Part shown: piece by piece, positions 1 through 8,495 of the stretch
How the letters are laid out: each line of letters starts with the position of its first letter
How positions within the stretch are numbered: position 1 is the stretch's first letter
From: Opitutales bacterium
Lineage (GTDB): Bacteria; Verrucomicrobiota; Verrucomicrobiia; Opitutales; UBA953
NCBI GenBank assembly: GCA_040398005.1
Contig: JBBAUX010000005.1
Span: 88,655-108,145 of the forward strand
Reading direction: 5' to 3'
DNA: 19,491 nucleotides
Program-made: the position numbers and the translations under genes
Notes under the pieces: generated by a model
Seen by the model: only the letters and a program-made list of their open reading frames with translations
What the model was told of the DNA's origin: nothing
The model's database searches: none

Positions 1-30
1 AAGTGGGCACGTGGGCAAGGTGACAAGGAA

Positions 31-47
31 CGCGTGCGCTGCACGCG
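31..47. repeat. Perfect GC-rich hairpin CGCGTGC-GCT-GCACGCG between octamer blocks
   Basis: 7-bp perfect inverted repeat with a 3-nt loop. Confidence 0.7.
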
Positions 48-95
48 AGGGGACAAGTGGGCAAGGTGACACGGTGACATGGGGGAGATACAAAA

Positions 96-119
96 GACCC
101 GACGCAGTCGTGCCCCTAC
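96..119 (-). repeat. GTAG-type REP-like element
   Basis: Minus strand reads GTAG-GG-GCACGAC-TGC-GTCGGGTC: a GTAG tetramer followed by an imperfect GC-rich palindrome, the architecture of RAYT-associated REPs. Only one copy in the window. Confidence 0.45.
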
Positions 120-206
120 CTAATTAAATCGAGGGGAGAAGTGGGCACGGGGACAAGGGGAGATGCGAGGCTGGACTTTAATTGAACTATTACCTAGGTA
201 GTTTCT

Positions 207-746
207 TTGAGTTTATTAAATCTTAAGTTAAAGTCCTTAATCGTGGTAGGAATTGTTTTATGCCTGGGCGCCTTGGGCTATTTTAGTTATTTGAAAAAAC
301 CAAAACCAGAAGGTGTCATTAAAAACGAAACAGTGGTGAGCTCGCCTACACCCATTTCACCAGTGGCTGTAACTAAGCCTGCCACCGTTTATAAGGAAAA
401 TCTGGATCCGCAGACTCTGTTAAAAGCGTTAGAATTTAAATTGAGTGAGGCGCGTCTTAAGTATGAAAAACTAATACGTGTTCGCACCGTCATCGAAGGA
501 CATATTAAACTCAGAAACGATTTGCTGAAGCCCGCTCAAGATCGGGTCACGCATATACAGAAACTTCAAAAAGAGGGTGCACTGAATGATCAAGATGTTG
601 AATTGGCCCGCGGTCAATTTGTCTCTATTGAATCTTCGATTGAAAAAGCGCTGAGGGATAAGGAAAAAGTAGCTCAACTTATTTCCGCTCAAGAATTGGA
701 AGTATCGAAAGCTGAAACTGAATTAAAAAAGTTTAAAGCTCTCTAA
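207..746 (+). CDS. Hypothetical single-pass membrane-anchored coiled-coil protein
   Basis: TTG start; N-terminal TM helix (LIVVGIVLCLGALGYFSYL), Pro/Thr/Ser linker, then a long heptad-rich helical region. Its stop overlaps the convergent ADH stop. Confidence 0.7.
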   Translation: MSLLNLKLKSLIVVGIVLCLGALGYFSYLKKPKPEGVIKNETVVSSPTPISPVAVTKPATVYKENLDPQTLLKALEFKLSEARLKYEKLIRVRTVIEGHIKLRNDLLKPAQDRVTHIQKLQKEGALNDQDVELARGQFVSIESSIEKALRDKEKVAQLISAQELEVSKAETELKKFKAL

Positions 747-1798
747 TTTTTGAGCGAGCCCATATCGATTACGAATCGATACTTTATATCCTGTTTGAGC
801 ATGCGTTCCCAGGCTTCGTTGATTTTTTGAATAGGAATGAGTTCAATCTCGGAAACAATTTTATGTTCGGCACAGAAATTGAGCATCTCTTGAGTTTCGG
901 CGATACCTCCGATACATGATCCGGCCAAGTTTTTGCGCGGGAGGATTAAACTGAAAGCGGAAACGGCTAAGGGTTTTTCCGGCACTCCTACCAGCGTCAA
1001 GGTGCCATCAAGCTTAATCAAATTCATGTACGCATTGATGTCATGGAGTGCCGACACACAGTCTAAAATAAAATCGAAACTGCCGGTGTGTTTAGCCATC
1101 GCTGCAGGATCGGTCGACAAAACAACTTCGTGGGCGCCTAGGCGTAATCCATCGGCCACTTTGTTGGCAGAGGTAGTAAAGAGCACAACATGCGCACCGA
1201 AAGCGCGTGCAAATTTAACGCCCATGTGTCCTAGCCCACCCAAGCCGACAATTCCTACTTTTTTACCGGCCGATACTTTCCAATGTTTGAGCGGCGAATA
1301 AGTGGTGATGCCGGCGCAGAGGAGGGGGGCGGTGGCTGCTAAATCTAGACCCGCCGGAACTTTTAAGGCGAATGATTCATCGACCACAATGTGCGATGAA
1401 TAGCCGCCCAAGGTATGTCCGCCTAAATGTTTGTCTGCGCTGTTGTAAGTAAACGTAGCGTAATTTACACAGTACTGTTCAAGTCCAGCTTGGCAGTGAC
1501 TACACGTGCGACAGGAATCAACCATGCAACCGACCGCGCTGGTGTCGCCGACTTTAAATTGAGTAACCTTTGATCCGACTTTAGTGACGCGACCGACGAT
1601 TTCATGTCCAGGAACACAGGGATAGACGGTGCCCGGCCATTCGCTGCGGGCTTGGTGGATGTCGGAGTGACAAACGCCGCAGTATAAAATTTCTATTTCA
1701 ACATCGGTGGCACCTGCTTCACGACGGTTGATAGTTAAAGGCGCTAAAGGATTTTTTGCTTCAGTGTTACCAAATGCTTTAACGGAGAAAGATTTCAT
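743..1798 (-). CDS. NAD(P)-dependent Zn alcohol dehydrogenase / aldehyde reductase (cinnamyl alcohol dehydrogenase-like, YahK/AdhC type)
   Basis: CGVCHSD catalytic Zn Cys, PGHEIVG motif, structural Zn site CRTCSHC...YC, APLLCAGITTYSPL, GLGGLGH Rossmann motif and C-terminal YRFVID. Confidence 0.95.
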   Translation of the reverse strand: MKSFSVKAFGNTEAKNPLAPLTINRREAGATDVEIEILYCGVCHSDIHQARSEWPGTVYPCVPGHEIVGRVTKVGSKVTQFKVGDTSAVGCMVDSCRTCSHCQAGLEQYCVNYATFTYNSADKHLGGHTLGGYSSHIVVDESFALKVPAGLDLAATAPLLCAGITTYSPLKHWKVSAGKKVGIVGLGGLGHMGVKFARAFGAHVVLFTTSANKVADGLRLGAHEVVLSTDPAAMAKHTGSFDFILDCVSALHDINAYMNLIKLDGTLTLVGVPEKPLAVSAFSLILPRKNLAGSCIGGIAETQEMLNFCAEHKIVSEIELIPIQKINEAWERMLKQDIKYRFVIDMGSLKN

Positions 1799-1808
1799 AG
1801 TGCTCGTA

Positions 1809-1836
1809 ACGTTACGGCACTATGAAAAAATCTCAA
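1809..1836 (-). promoter_or_regulatory. Putative sigma70 promoter of the ADH gene
   Basis: Minus strand TTGAGA-16 nt-TAACGT, ending 10 nt before the ATG. The -10 lies within the palindrome CGTAACGTTACG (1805-1816). Confidence 0.45.
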
Positions 1837-1850
1837 GTGTTGGTAGTAGT

Positions 1851-3596
1851 TTACTCGGGTGAGTAGACTTGCCATTCCGCAACGCCGGCTGGTCCCAGTT
1901 CACGATTCACGTAGAGTCGGATTTTTTGAACCTTAATTTCTGTAAATCTAAACAGTTGTCCGTGTCCGTTGGTTGGGGCTGTGAGTAGCTGACTCCAACC
2001 TTGGTCGGTCTCAATTTCGACCCGAACCACTTGTTTATAGCGTGGCCAGCGATCGGGTTCATCCACCGCGAGTGCGTGAATGAGGGTGGGCTTACCTAAA
2101 TCATATTCTAAATAAGGATTTTTATCTTCTGCCCCAGCTTCCCAATATTGGGTGGCATCACCATCTTGCGCCGCGGCCACTGGATTTTTGGGCGACTCAC
2201 TTGTAGCGGTCAGTTTTTTCTTAAACGAAGCGATGGGTTCGACGACGAGTTCTTCAGCTACTTCGAGTTTGATTACGGAAGCGACGCTGTCAGGCGCTTG
2301 TTTAGGTAGATAAATAATGGTGCCCGTGGCATCTTGAGTGATTTTCAATTCCTTGCTGGGGTCGACGAGCAGTTTCGTGCTCTTAATTTTGCTGTGGAGC
2401 GGTAGGCGTAACTCACCGTTCGCTGGCCAATTAAAGACGTGAAGGTAAACGGTTTGATTTTTTCGAGTCGCGGCACCCCAGGAAAGGAAGGTGAAAGGTC
2501 CCGCAGTCGTTCCATAAATAGATTCACCATTTACTTTGAGCCACTGACCTACTTCGTTGAGTCGCTTGATGCTTTCCTCTGGAATTTCTCCTTCGGCAGT
2601 GGGTCCAACATTGAGCAGGAAATTACCACCTTTCGCACAGATGCCGATGAGTTTCTGAATCAGTTCGGATGATGATTTCCAATTTTGATCCGCCGCATTG
2701 TAGCCCCAATGTTTATTGAGTGTCATGCAGGTTTCCCAATCGCCCTTTAAGCCGGTGGAGGGTACAAATTGTTCCGCGATATGGTAATCGCCAAACCCTC
2801 CGCCGAGTCGGGTATTACTGATAAGATTAGGGCTGATTTCTTTGATTAATTTGGCAATCGGCTCAGCCCTTGGCTTGTACATGTGTAAGGGCGTATCCCA
2901 CCAGAGAACATCGATAGGGTACTGGGTCAGAATTTCGCGTATCTGAGGCATCGCTGTTTTCTCAAGGTAAGAATCAAAGGTTCCTTTTTGAGACTCGTCC
3001 CAACCATCTCCCTCTTTAAATGATTTAATCGCTCCGCCGCGATTGTTCCAATCTTGGGAGTGAGAATAGTAAAAACCAATTTTCAAATCTTGCTCGTGAG
3101 CCGCTTTAACCAGTGGGCCTAAAAGATCTTTGCCGTAAGCCGTGGCATCAACGACATTCCACTTACTGGCTTTGGAGGGGAAAAGTGCAAAGCCATCGTG
3201 GTGTTTAGAAGTGATTACCATGTAACGCATACCGGCATCTTTCGCAATTTTGGCCCATTGATCTGGGTTGTATTTAACCGGATTAAATTTTTTAGCGTAA
3301 CCTTGGTATTCGGTGGGCGACATCTTGGTGTTCCACATGATCCACTCGCCGTAGGTATCAACCTTACCGTACTTACCAGCGGGTACGGCATAAACTCCCC
3401 AATGGATAAATAAACCGAACTTCGCTTCACGCCACCAAGCCATTCGGGCATCGCGTTGGGCTGGTGTCTCAGCGACGACTGAATTAGCTGAACTCATTTC
3501 CACAGTCACACCTTCATCGGCCCCAGAAGCATTTTTAGCGTCCACGGTTGGGGCCAAAATTAGACCAAGAATCATTATCCAGGATGTCTTATTCAT
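1851..3596 (-). CDS. Alpha-L-fucosidase (GH29), exported, with C-terminal F5/8 type C (CBM32-like) domain
   Basis: WWREAKFGLFIHWG, YGEW, FNPVKYNPDQW, AGMRYMVITSKHHDGF, WWD nucleophile, WETCMT...WGY, GGNFLLNVGP and NGESIYGT; C-terminal AAQDGDATQYW...YDLGKP. The start is moved from 3647 to ATG 3596, where a signal peptide (MNKTSWIMILGLILAPTVDA) begins. Confidence 0.93.
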   Translation of the reverse strand: MNKTSWIMILGLILAPTVDAKNASGADEGVTVEMSSANSVVAETPAQRDARMAWWREAKFGLFIHWGVYAVPAGKYGKVDTYGEWIMWNTKMSPTEYQGYAKKFNPVKYNPDQWAKIAKDAGMRYMVITSKHHDGFALFPSKASKWNVVDATAYGKDLLGPLVKAAHEQDLKIGFYYSHSQDWNNRGGAIKSFKEGDGWDESQKGTFDSYLEKTAMPQIREILTQYPIDVLWWDTPLHMYKPRAEPIAKLIKEISPNLISNTRLGGGFGDYHIAEQFVPSTGLKGDWETCMTLNKHWGYNAADQNWKSSSELIQKLIGICAKGGNFLLNVGPTAEGEIPEESIKRLNEVGQWLKVNGESIYGTTAGPFTFLSWGAATRKNQTVYLHVFNWPANGELRLPLHSKIKSTKLLVDPSKELKITQDATGTIIYLPKQAPDSVASVIKLEVAEELVVEPIASFKKKLTATSESPKNPVAAAQDGDATQYWEAGAEDKNPYLEYDLGKPTLIHALAVDEPDRWPRYKQVVRVEIETDQGWSQLLTAPTNGHGQLFRFTEIKVQKIRLYVNRELGPAGVAEWQVYSPE

Positions 3597-3941
3597 AGGG
3601 AATTGGGGTGAGTTTTGATAAATTAGATCAGCGATGATGTCACTCATTTTGATTTATATGAGTTAATTTGAAATCGGCTAATGTAAGCAGAGTTTATCGC
3701 GATATCGCGTGAGGTTGTTTTGACGGGTTATGAAAATAGGGATGATGATCGGATGGAGTCCAATCAACGGGTTGTTGGGTCTCACTGTCTGTTTCGGGGA
3801 TGGGATAGGCGCGGGTCTGAGCCGTCATTTGCTCGATTTTCTCGAATTTTTCAGGATTTACCGGGGTGATTTTAAAATTCCTAAAAATAAATCCTGCAAT
3901 TTATTTATTATATGAAATTATAAGGAAAATATAAAACCCCG

Positions 3942-4670
3942 ATGAGACACTTGTCCGCCTGTTTTTTATTAATCGCTAGTACAGGAGCAGTCCTGCCGAT
4001 GTCAGCCCAGGCGGCGACCCTCACGCAAAGTGCTAACGCTTTGTCTTTGGTTCCCAATCAAGATTTCAGTCTCCATTCATTTTTAACCTTCAACAGTTCC
4101 TGGGGCACACTCAACAGCGTCACCTTGCGCGTGGATTCGGTAAGTGTTGCGGGAAGTTTAATTTTTAATCAAGGGGTAGTCGGTAGTTCCACGATTCAAA
4201 GCATTGAGTCGAAGCTTTATGTTTACCAAGGCGATACCGAGCCAGGTGTTTTGTATAATGGTCTATCCGCTGATTTAGTTTCTGCGCCCACTACTTTATC
4301 GGCAGTAAGTCCCACGTTGCCACTGTCCGTTGCAGAAAATAATTCTGCTACCTTTACCCTCAGTAATGGGCAATATGTCTTCACTTCATCTTCTCCATTA
4401 ACGGTGACGCTGACTCAGGCCGGCGATCTTGCTGATTATTGCGGTAGCGGGGTGAGTTATGCTCCGGAGTTTATCTTTAATTTAGACGTCAGCTTGGTCG
4501 GAAGTATGGGAGGAAGTCCTACCTATGATTATGCGGGAGTTTCTTCATTGGCGAATGTGTCGTTGACCTATGATTACACCGCCGTGCCAGAACCGTCTAC
4601 CTACGGTCTCGTTTTAGGGGCCTTAGCGCTGGCTGCGGTTGCTCTTCGTCGTCGTAAGTTAAAGTCTTAA
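3942..4670 (+). CDS. PEP-CTERM surface protein, choice-of-anchor E-like domain
   Basis: Signal peptide ending SAQA; FNSSWGTLNSVTL motif; Ser/Thr-rich; ends LTYDYTA-VPEPSTYGL, TM helix and RRRKLKS. Confidence 0.9.
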   Translation: MRHLSACFLLIASTGAVLPMSAQAATLTQSANALSLVPNQDFSLHSFLTFNSSWGTLNSVTLRVDSVSVAGSLIFNQGVVGSSTIQSIESKLYVYQGDTEPGVLYNGLSADLVSAPTTLSAVSPTLPLSVAENNSATFTLSNGQYVFTSSSPLTVTLTQAGDLADYCGSGVSYAPEFIFNLDVSLVGSMGGSPTYDYAGVSSLANVSLTYDYTAVPEPSTYGLVLGALALAAVALRRRKLKS

Positions 4671-4760
4671 ATAGTTTTTTTAGGAATCAGATTAATCCTA
4701 GCAAACGCCTGGGGCATCTAAGCGATTGGGGCTTTGGTTCAGCTAGCCAAAACCTGGGGT

Positions 4761-5549
4761 ATGCTTGTCCGCACGAGTCCCCCAAGATGCATCGGTAGAT
4801 TAACCGCCATCGTCGTGCTCGGTATTTTATGCCGTCCAGTCGATGCTCATGCCGTCACGATTCAGACGCAGGTCCAGACGGTTGAAATCACCTCGGCGAT
4901 TTATCTCACTTATAATTATAGTAAATTTATAAAATTTGATACTAGGCTAGGAACGCTCCGCGCCGTCACCCTCAAACTTAACTCATTTTCTCTGGGCGGA
5001 AGTTTTACGTTTACCCAGGGGTCCACCGGTAGCTCCACGATTTCTGCCTTCAGTACAGGCGTACTTTTCTACGCTGCTTCGAGTTCAGACAATACGGCCA
5101 ACAATGGTTTAAAGACTAACTACGATGTCGGAACACTTCCCAAAACTGGAAGCGTCGCCGTCACCAATCAAACCCTCCCTAAGACGATTGCACGCAGAGC
5201 AGCAGCGACATTTAATTTCGATGCTACTCGCAATATTCTAACCGCACCCGTGGTTATTTTAAATTTATCTGCCACCAATGATTTAGCCTTTTATCAAGGC
5301 ACGGGTATATCTTTTGCGCCTGCCTTTACGTCGGTCACTCGGTTCTTAGCGACTGGTACTTACGGAGGTACGCCGACTCGCGATTACACACTGTTAACGA
5401 CAACAGAAAGCATGTCATTATATTACGACTATATTCCCGCCGTTATCCCCGAGCCTAGTTATTATGGTCTAGGCTTAAGTCTGGCGACACTCGGTCTCTG
5501 CGTTGGCCGACGATATGCTAAGCGCAAACATCGGTCATCGGCAGTCTAG
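4761..5549 (+). CDS. PEP-CTERM surface protein, paralog of 3942..4670
   Basis: Signal peptide ending DAHA; FDTRLGTLRAVTL motif; ends YYDYIPAV-IPEPSYYGL, TM helix and basic tail. ATG 4761 is preferred over TTG 4734, but the start is uncertain. Confidence 0.85.
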   Translation: MLVRTSPPRCIGRLTAIVVLGILCRPVDAHAVTIQTQVQTVEITSAIYLTYNYSKFIKFDTRLGTLRAVTLKLNSFSLGGSFTFTQGSTGSSTISAFSTGVLFYAASSSDNTANNGLKTNYDVGTLPKTGSVAVTNQTLPKTIARRAAATFNFDATRNILTAPVVILNLSATNDLAFYQGTGISFAPAFTSVTRFLATGTYGGTPTRDYTLLTTTESMSLYYDYIPAVIPEPSYYGLGLSLATLGLCVGRRYAKRKHRSSAV

Positions 5550-5553
5550 TTAC

Positions 5554-7611
5554 TTATTGGGCAGGCGTGTTAAGCAGGTAAGGCTTAGCCGTTTCGTTGA
5601 CTTGAATATCTCCCGCCTTGTTGTCTTTCACGAAGCATTGGCTGAAGTAATTATTTAGGCCGTTTTTATTGCCTGTGATGATACCAAAGTCGGTATTACG
5701 AGAGCACTCGTTATTAAAGTAGAGATTAGAACTCGATAACTTAGTAGCGTCTCTTCCGCCGCAGCTGAGTCCGCGACGATTCCCGTTACAAACGTTGGCT
5801 ACGATCGCATTGTCGGTTGTATTGCCTTTAACTTCTTCATTCCAGACGTGGACAGCGGAATTGAGGTTTCCATTTAGTTCATTACCGAAAAGAATATTAT
5901 GGTGTGAGGCCTCTTCGATGAAGATACCGTGACGTTTATTTTTAACCGAGGTGTTGAAAACGCAGATATTATACTTGGCGCCCGCGTCTAAATCGATTCC
6001 GTCCTTACCACTGGTCTCCACATAGTTTTCAATTGCGAAAACGGGTCCGCTTACATGTGGCCAAATGCCGCGCCCAAAGTTATTCGAAAAATTACTCTTG
6101 GAGACAATGAGTCTCGATTGTCCATTGCGATACTTGGTATAAACGCCATCGCGTGCTGCATTATAAATAGTGACATCTTCAATCACACCGTGATCCGATT
6201 TTCCTGAGGAAGTACGGATGCCGTAGAAAATTTTCTTATTACAATCAAGTTTGCCGCCCGAGACTGCGCCATAGCCTTCTTTGGGAAACTCAATCAACTG
6301 AGTGGGTTTTTCGCCTTTAACCCAGGGTGGACTGATGGGACTATCGGTGTCTGCGATGATAGTGCCATCGAGCACGATACAACTATTTGCCGGCATACTT
6401 AGTCCTTCCGGCGTGCGTGCCGCAAAGTTGCCCTTCAGGTGAATCACGATGAAGTCTTGGGGGTGTTGCGCCCGTGCTTCATCGGCTTGCTTCTGGGCTG
6501 AACTTAAGTCCGGCCATTTTTGGGTATCCGCACTTTTGTCGCCTTTGATCTCTAAATCAAATCGTCCCATACCAGGCAGAATCTTGCTGTCTTTATGAGG
6601 ATTTTTTGAAGTGGGTGGATTGAAGACAATGAGTGTAGGCTCGTTGCTGGTTTTCAGATTAGGATTCTTATAGATAAAATGATTGGCAGGGGCGTTAGCC
6701 GCTGTGGAAATCTTACCGGTCGTAGTGTTATCAAAGAGGGTGTGTTTTTCGCCTTCTAACTTGATGAGGACTTCATTGCCCTGATTTTTATTTTGCGAAA
6801 TGAAGGCTAATTTACTTTCCGCTGTGGTCTCCAAAGCAGTCTGGCAGTTAACAAACGTGTTGCGCACAAAAGCAGCATTTTCTCCGCCAAACTGGAAGGC
6901 CTTCAACACGTTATCAAAGCTGTTTCCCGCCAGCGTGGCATTGGGTGAATTGACCGTAATTCCTGTGTCCTTAATATCTTTAAACGAATTATCAAGTGCC
7001 ACAAAACCATTGATTTTATTAGCGATTAGTGCGTTTTCAATTTTCAGGAACTCGCAGCGGGTGACGGCGCAAGCTTGATGAATCAGGCTGGCTTCTTCGC
7101 TTTCGATTTTAACGCCTACGGATAAATTTTCGAAGTGAACTTGATCAATATTCACGCGTGAACTTTTGCTGATGATAATGCCCGCCGCCACTTTCCCGTT
7201 TCCTTTTAAGATACCTCCTTTTTTGGACTTGCCGTAAAGGTTTAGGTTTTCACTTTGCTCAATTTTAATTAAACTTTCTGCGGTCGTCTTTTCATCGGCT
7301 ACAATGCTCGATCCTTCAGCGAATTCTAAAAAGTTTTTGCTACCGAGGACTAAAGGCGTAGCTTTAACGGTCAGCTTACCTTTAAGCACAAATACCCAAA
7401 TGGCTTCAGGGTTTTCTAAACGGCAGTTCTCAATTTGGCTTTGGGCTGCTTCCAGGCTCACTGTATTTAAATCTATTTTTTTGAGAACTTCCTTCGGGTG
7501 GATGGCAAAAGTTGCATTAGGCTCCCGGTAGAATTTATCGGAAATAACGGGATTGATTTCGACGGCGAGCAGGGAGGTGCTAAGCCAAAGCAGTGAGAGA
7601 ACGAGGCGCAT
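5554..7611 (-). CDS. Exported right-handed parallel beta-helix (pectin lyase-like) protein with two tandem modules
   Basis: Signal peptide from ATG 7611 (MRLVLSLLWLSTSLLA); Asn/Gly ladders (NNFGRGIW, GKDGIDLD, NKRHGIFIE, GNRRGL). No specific CAZy family recognised. Confidence 0.8.
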   Translation of the reverse strand: MRLVLSLLWLSTSLLAVEINPVISDKFYREPNATFAIHPKEVLKKIDLNTVSLEAAQSQIENCRLENPEAIWVFVLKGKLTVKATPLVLGSKNFLEFAEGSSIVADEKTTAESLIKIEQSENLNLYGKSKKGGILKGNGKVAAGIIISKSSRVNIDQVHFENLSVGVKIESEEASLIHQACAVTRCEFLKIENALIANKINGFVALDNSFKDIKDTGITVNSPNATLAGNSFDNVLKAFQFGGENAAFVRNTFVNCQTALETTAESKLAFISQNKNQGNEVLIKLEGEKHTLFDNTTTGKISTAANAPANHFIYKNPNLKTSNEPTLIVFNPPTSKNPHKDSKILPGMGRFDLEIKGDKSADTQKWPDLSSAQKQADEARAQHPQDFIVIHLKGNFAARTPEGLSMPANSCIVLDGTIIADTDSPISPPWVKGEKPTQLIEFPKEGYGAVSGGKLDCNKKIFYGIRTSSGKSDHGVIEDVTIYNAARDGVYTKYRNGQSRLIVSKSNFSNNFGRGIWPHVSGPVFAIENYVETSGKDGIDLDAGAKYNICVFNTSVKNKRHGIFIEEASHHNILFGNELNGNLNSAVHVWNEEVKGNTTDNAIVANVCNGNRRGLSCGGRDATKLSSSNLYFNNECSRNTDFGIITGNKNGLNNYFSQCFVKDNKAGDIQVNETAKPYLLNTPAQ

Positions 7612-7695
7612 GGTTTTTAAATGAGGTAACTGATACGTGTGGCAAGCCATTCGACTGCATTACCATGGATTTGTTCCCCCTTCAATTACGCTCAA

Positions 7696-8490
7696 TTACT
7701 TGGGTTCTTTAGCGTAGGCTTTGCCCGTTGCACTGAGCGACTTTCCTGAATCGTCGTAAAGATATGATGTGCCTTCACCCGAGCTATGCCACGCGTAGCG
7801 CTGTACCCAGGGAGTTCTCTCCATCCACCGAGTCACTTCGCTAATAAACTGATTCACCTCTTGTTGACTGAATTTTTTCGGATCTGATTTGGATGACTCG
7901 GAGGTTTGGCAGGCGAACTCGGTTATCCATAATGGCAAATCATAGGCTTTATAGATGGCCTCCATATCATCGATAAATTTTTTGGAATTGGCGCCCTTGT
8001 ACCAATGAACCGCAATCGCATCTACCTTGGGTTTGGCTTTCATGAAGTCGGGCAACCAGTCATTACTGATTGGATCCTTGCACATGGCTGGACTGACCAC
8101 GAATTTGCCTTTCGCTGTTACCTTCGACCAATTAGCTAGGCCTTCTTTGACGCTGATGTCGTCTTGTTTCGGGTGATCGGGCTCGTTGTAGCCAAGAATG
8201 AAATCACCTCGAGTTAATCCTGGGCCAACTTTCCCGGCCCGCAGCATAGGTATAAACTCAACACTGGTATTAAATTTCGAGTTGGTGGATTGCCAGTTAT
8301 AGAACCAAGCGACGTTTAATTCTTTTAATTCTCTAGCTCCAAGCCAGTCAGGAAATCTGCCCAGACCTACACCTTTTTTTACGCTGGCCTTTTCTTTTTC
8401 AACTTTAGCGGCCGGTTGGGCCAGAGAGAGGGAACTTCCGAGCGAAATCAGAAAAATAAAAATGCAGGCAGAATAAATTTTATTCCACAT
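7696..8490 (-). CDS. GH128-like glycoside hydrolase (putative beta-1,3-glucanase), exported
   Basis: Signal peptide; KKGVG, WFYNW, EFIPM, ILGYNEPD (acid/base Glu), DAIAVHWY, PLWITEFA (nucleophile Glu) and VQRYAW, the clan GH-A/GH128 pattern. Confidence 0.88.
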   Translation of the reverse strand: MWNKIYSACIFIFLISLGSSLSLAQPAAKVEKEKASVKKGVGLGRFPDWLGARELKELNVAWFYNWQSTNSKFNTSVEFIPMLRAGKVGPGLTRGDFILGYNEPDHPKQDDISVKEGLANWSKVTAKGKFVVSPAMCKDPISNDWLPDFMKAKPKVDAIAVHWYKGANSKKFIDDMEAIYKAYDLPLWITEFACQTSESSKSDPKKFSQQEVNQFISEVTRWMERTPWVQRYAWHSSGEGTSYLYDDSGKSLSATGKAYAKEPK

Positions 8491-8495
8491 GAAAC

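Larger units (their letters stand above)
1..170. repeat. Degenerate G-rich 8-bp tandem repeat tract (units such as AAGTGGGC, AAGGTGAC, ACGGGGAC) in three blocks, truncated at the window edge
   Basis: Units seen: 1-8 aagtgggc, 9-16 acgtgggc, 17-24 aaggtgac; 47-54 gaggggac, 55-62 aagtgggc, 63-70 aaggtgac, 71-78 acggtgac; 131-138 gaggggag, 139-146 aagtgggc, 147-154 acggggac, 155-162 aaggggag. Strong purine skew, no ORF. Confidence 0.85.

Noticed and set aside
1..170. CRISPR array
   Set aside because: Units are 8 bp and degenerate, with no constant 23-47 bp repeat, no regular spacers and no cas genes.
3597..3647. Longer fucosidase start (likewise 7612-7650 for the beta-helix gene)
   Set aside because: Signal peptides begin at the downstream ATGs (3596 and 7611).
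3695..3709. Overlapping palindromes TATCGCGATA and CGCGATATCGCG upstream of the fucosidase
   Set aside because: Single occurrence with no cognate regulator nearby and no match to a motif I recognise.
3730..3915. 61-aa ORF in the divergent intergenic region
   Set aside because: No recognisable motif, and it runs into the AT-rich promoter region of the PEP-CTERM gene. A small protein cannot be fully excluded.
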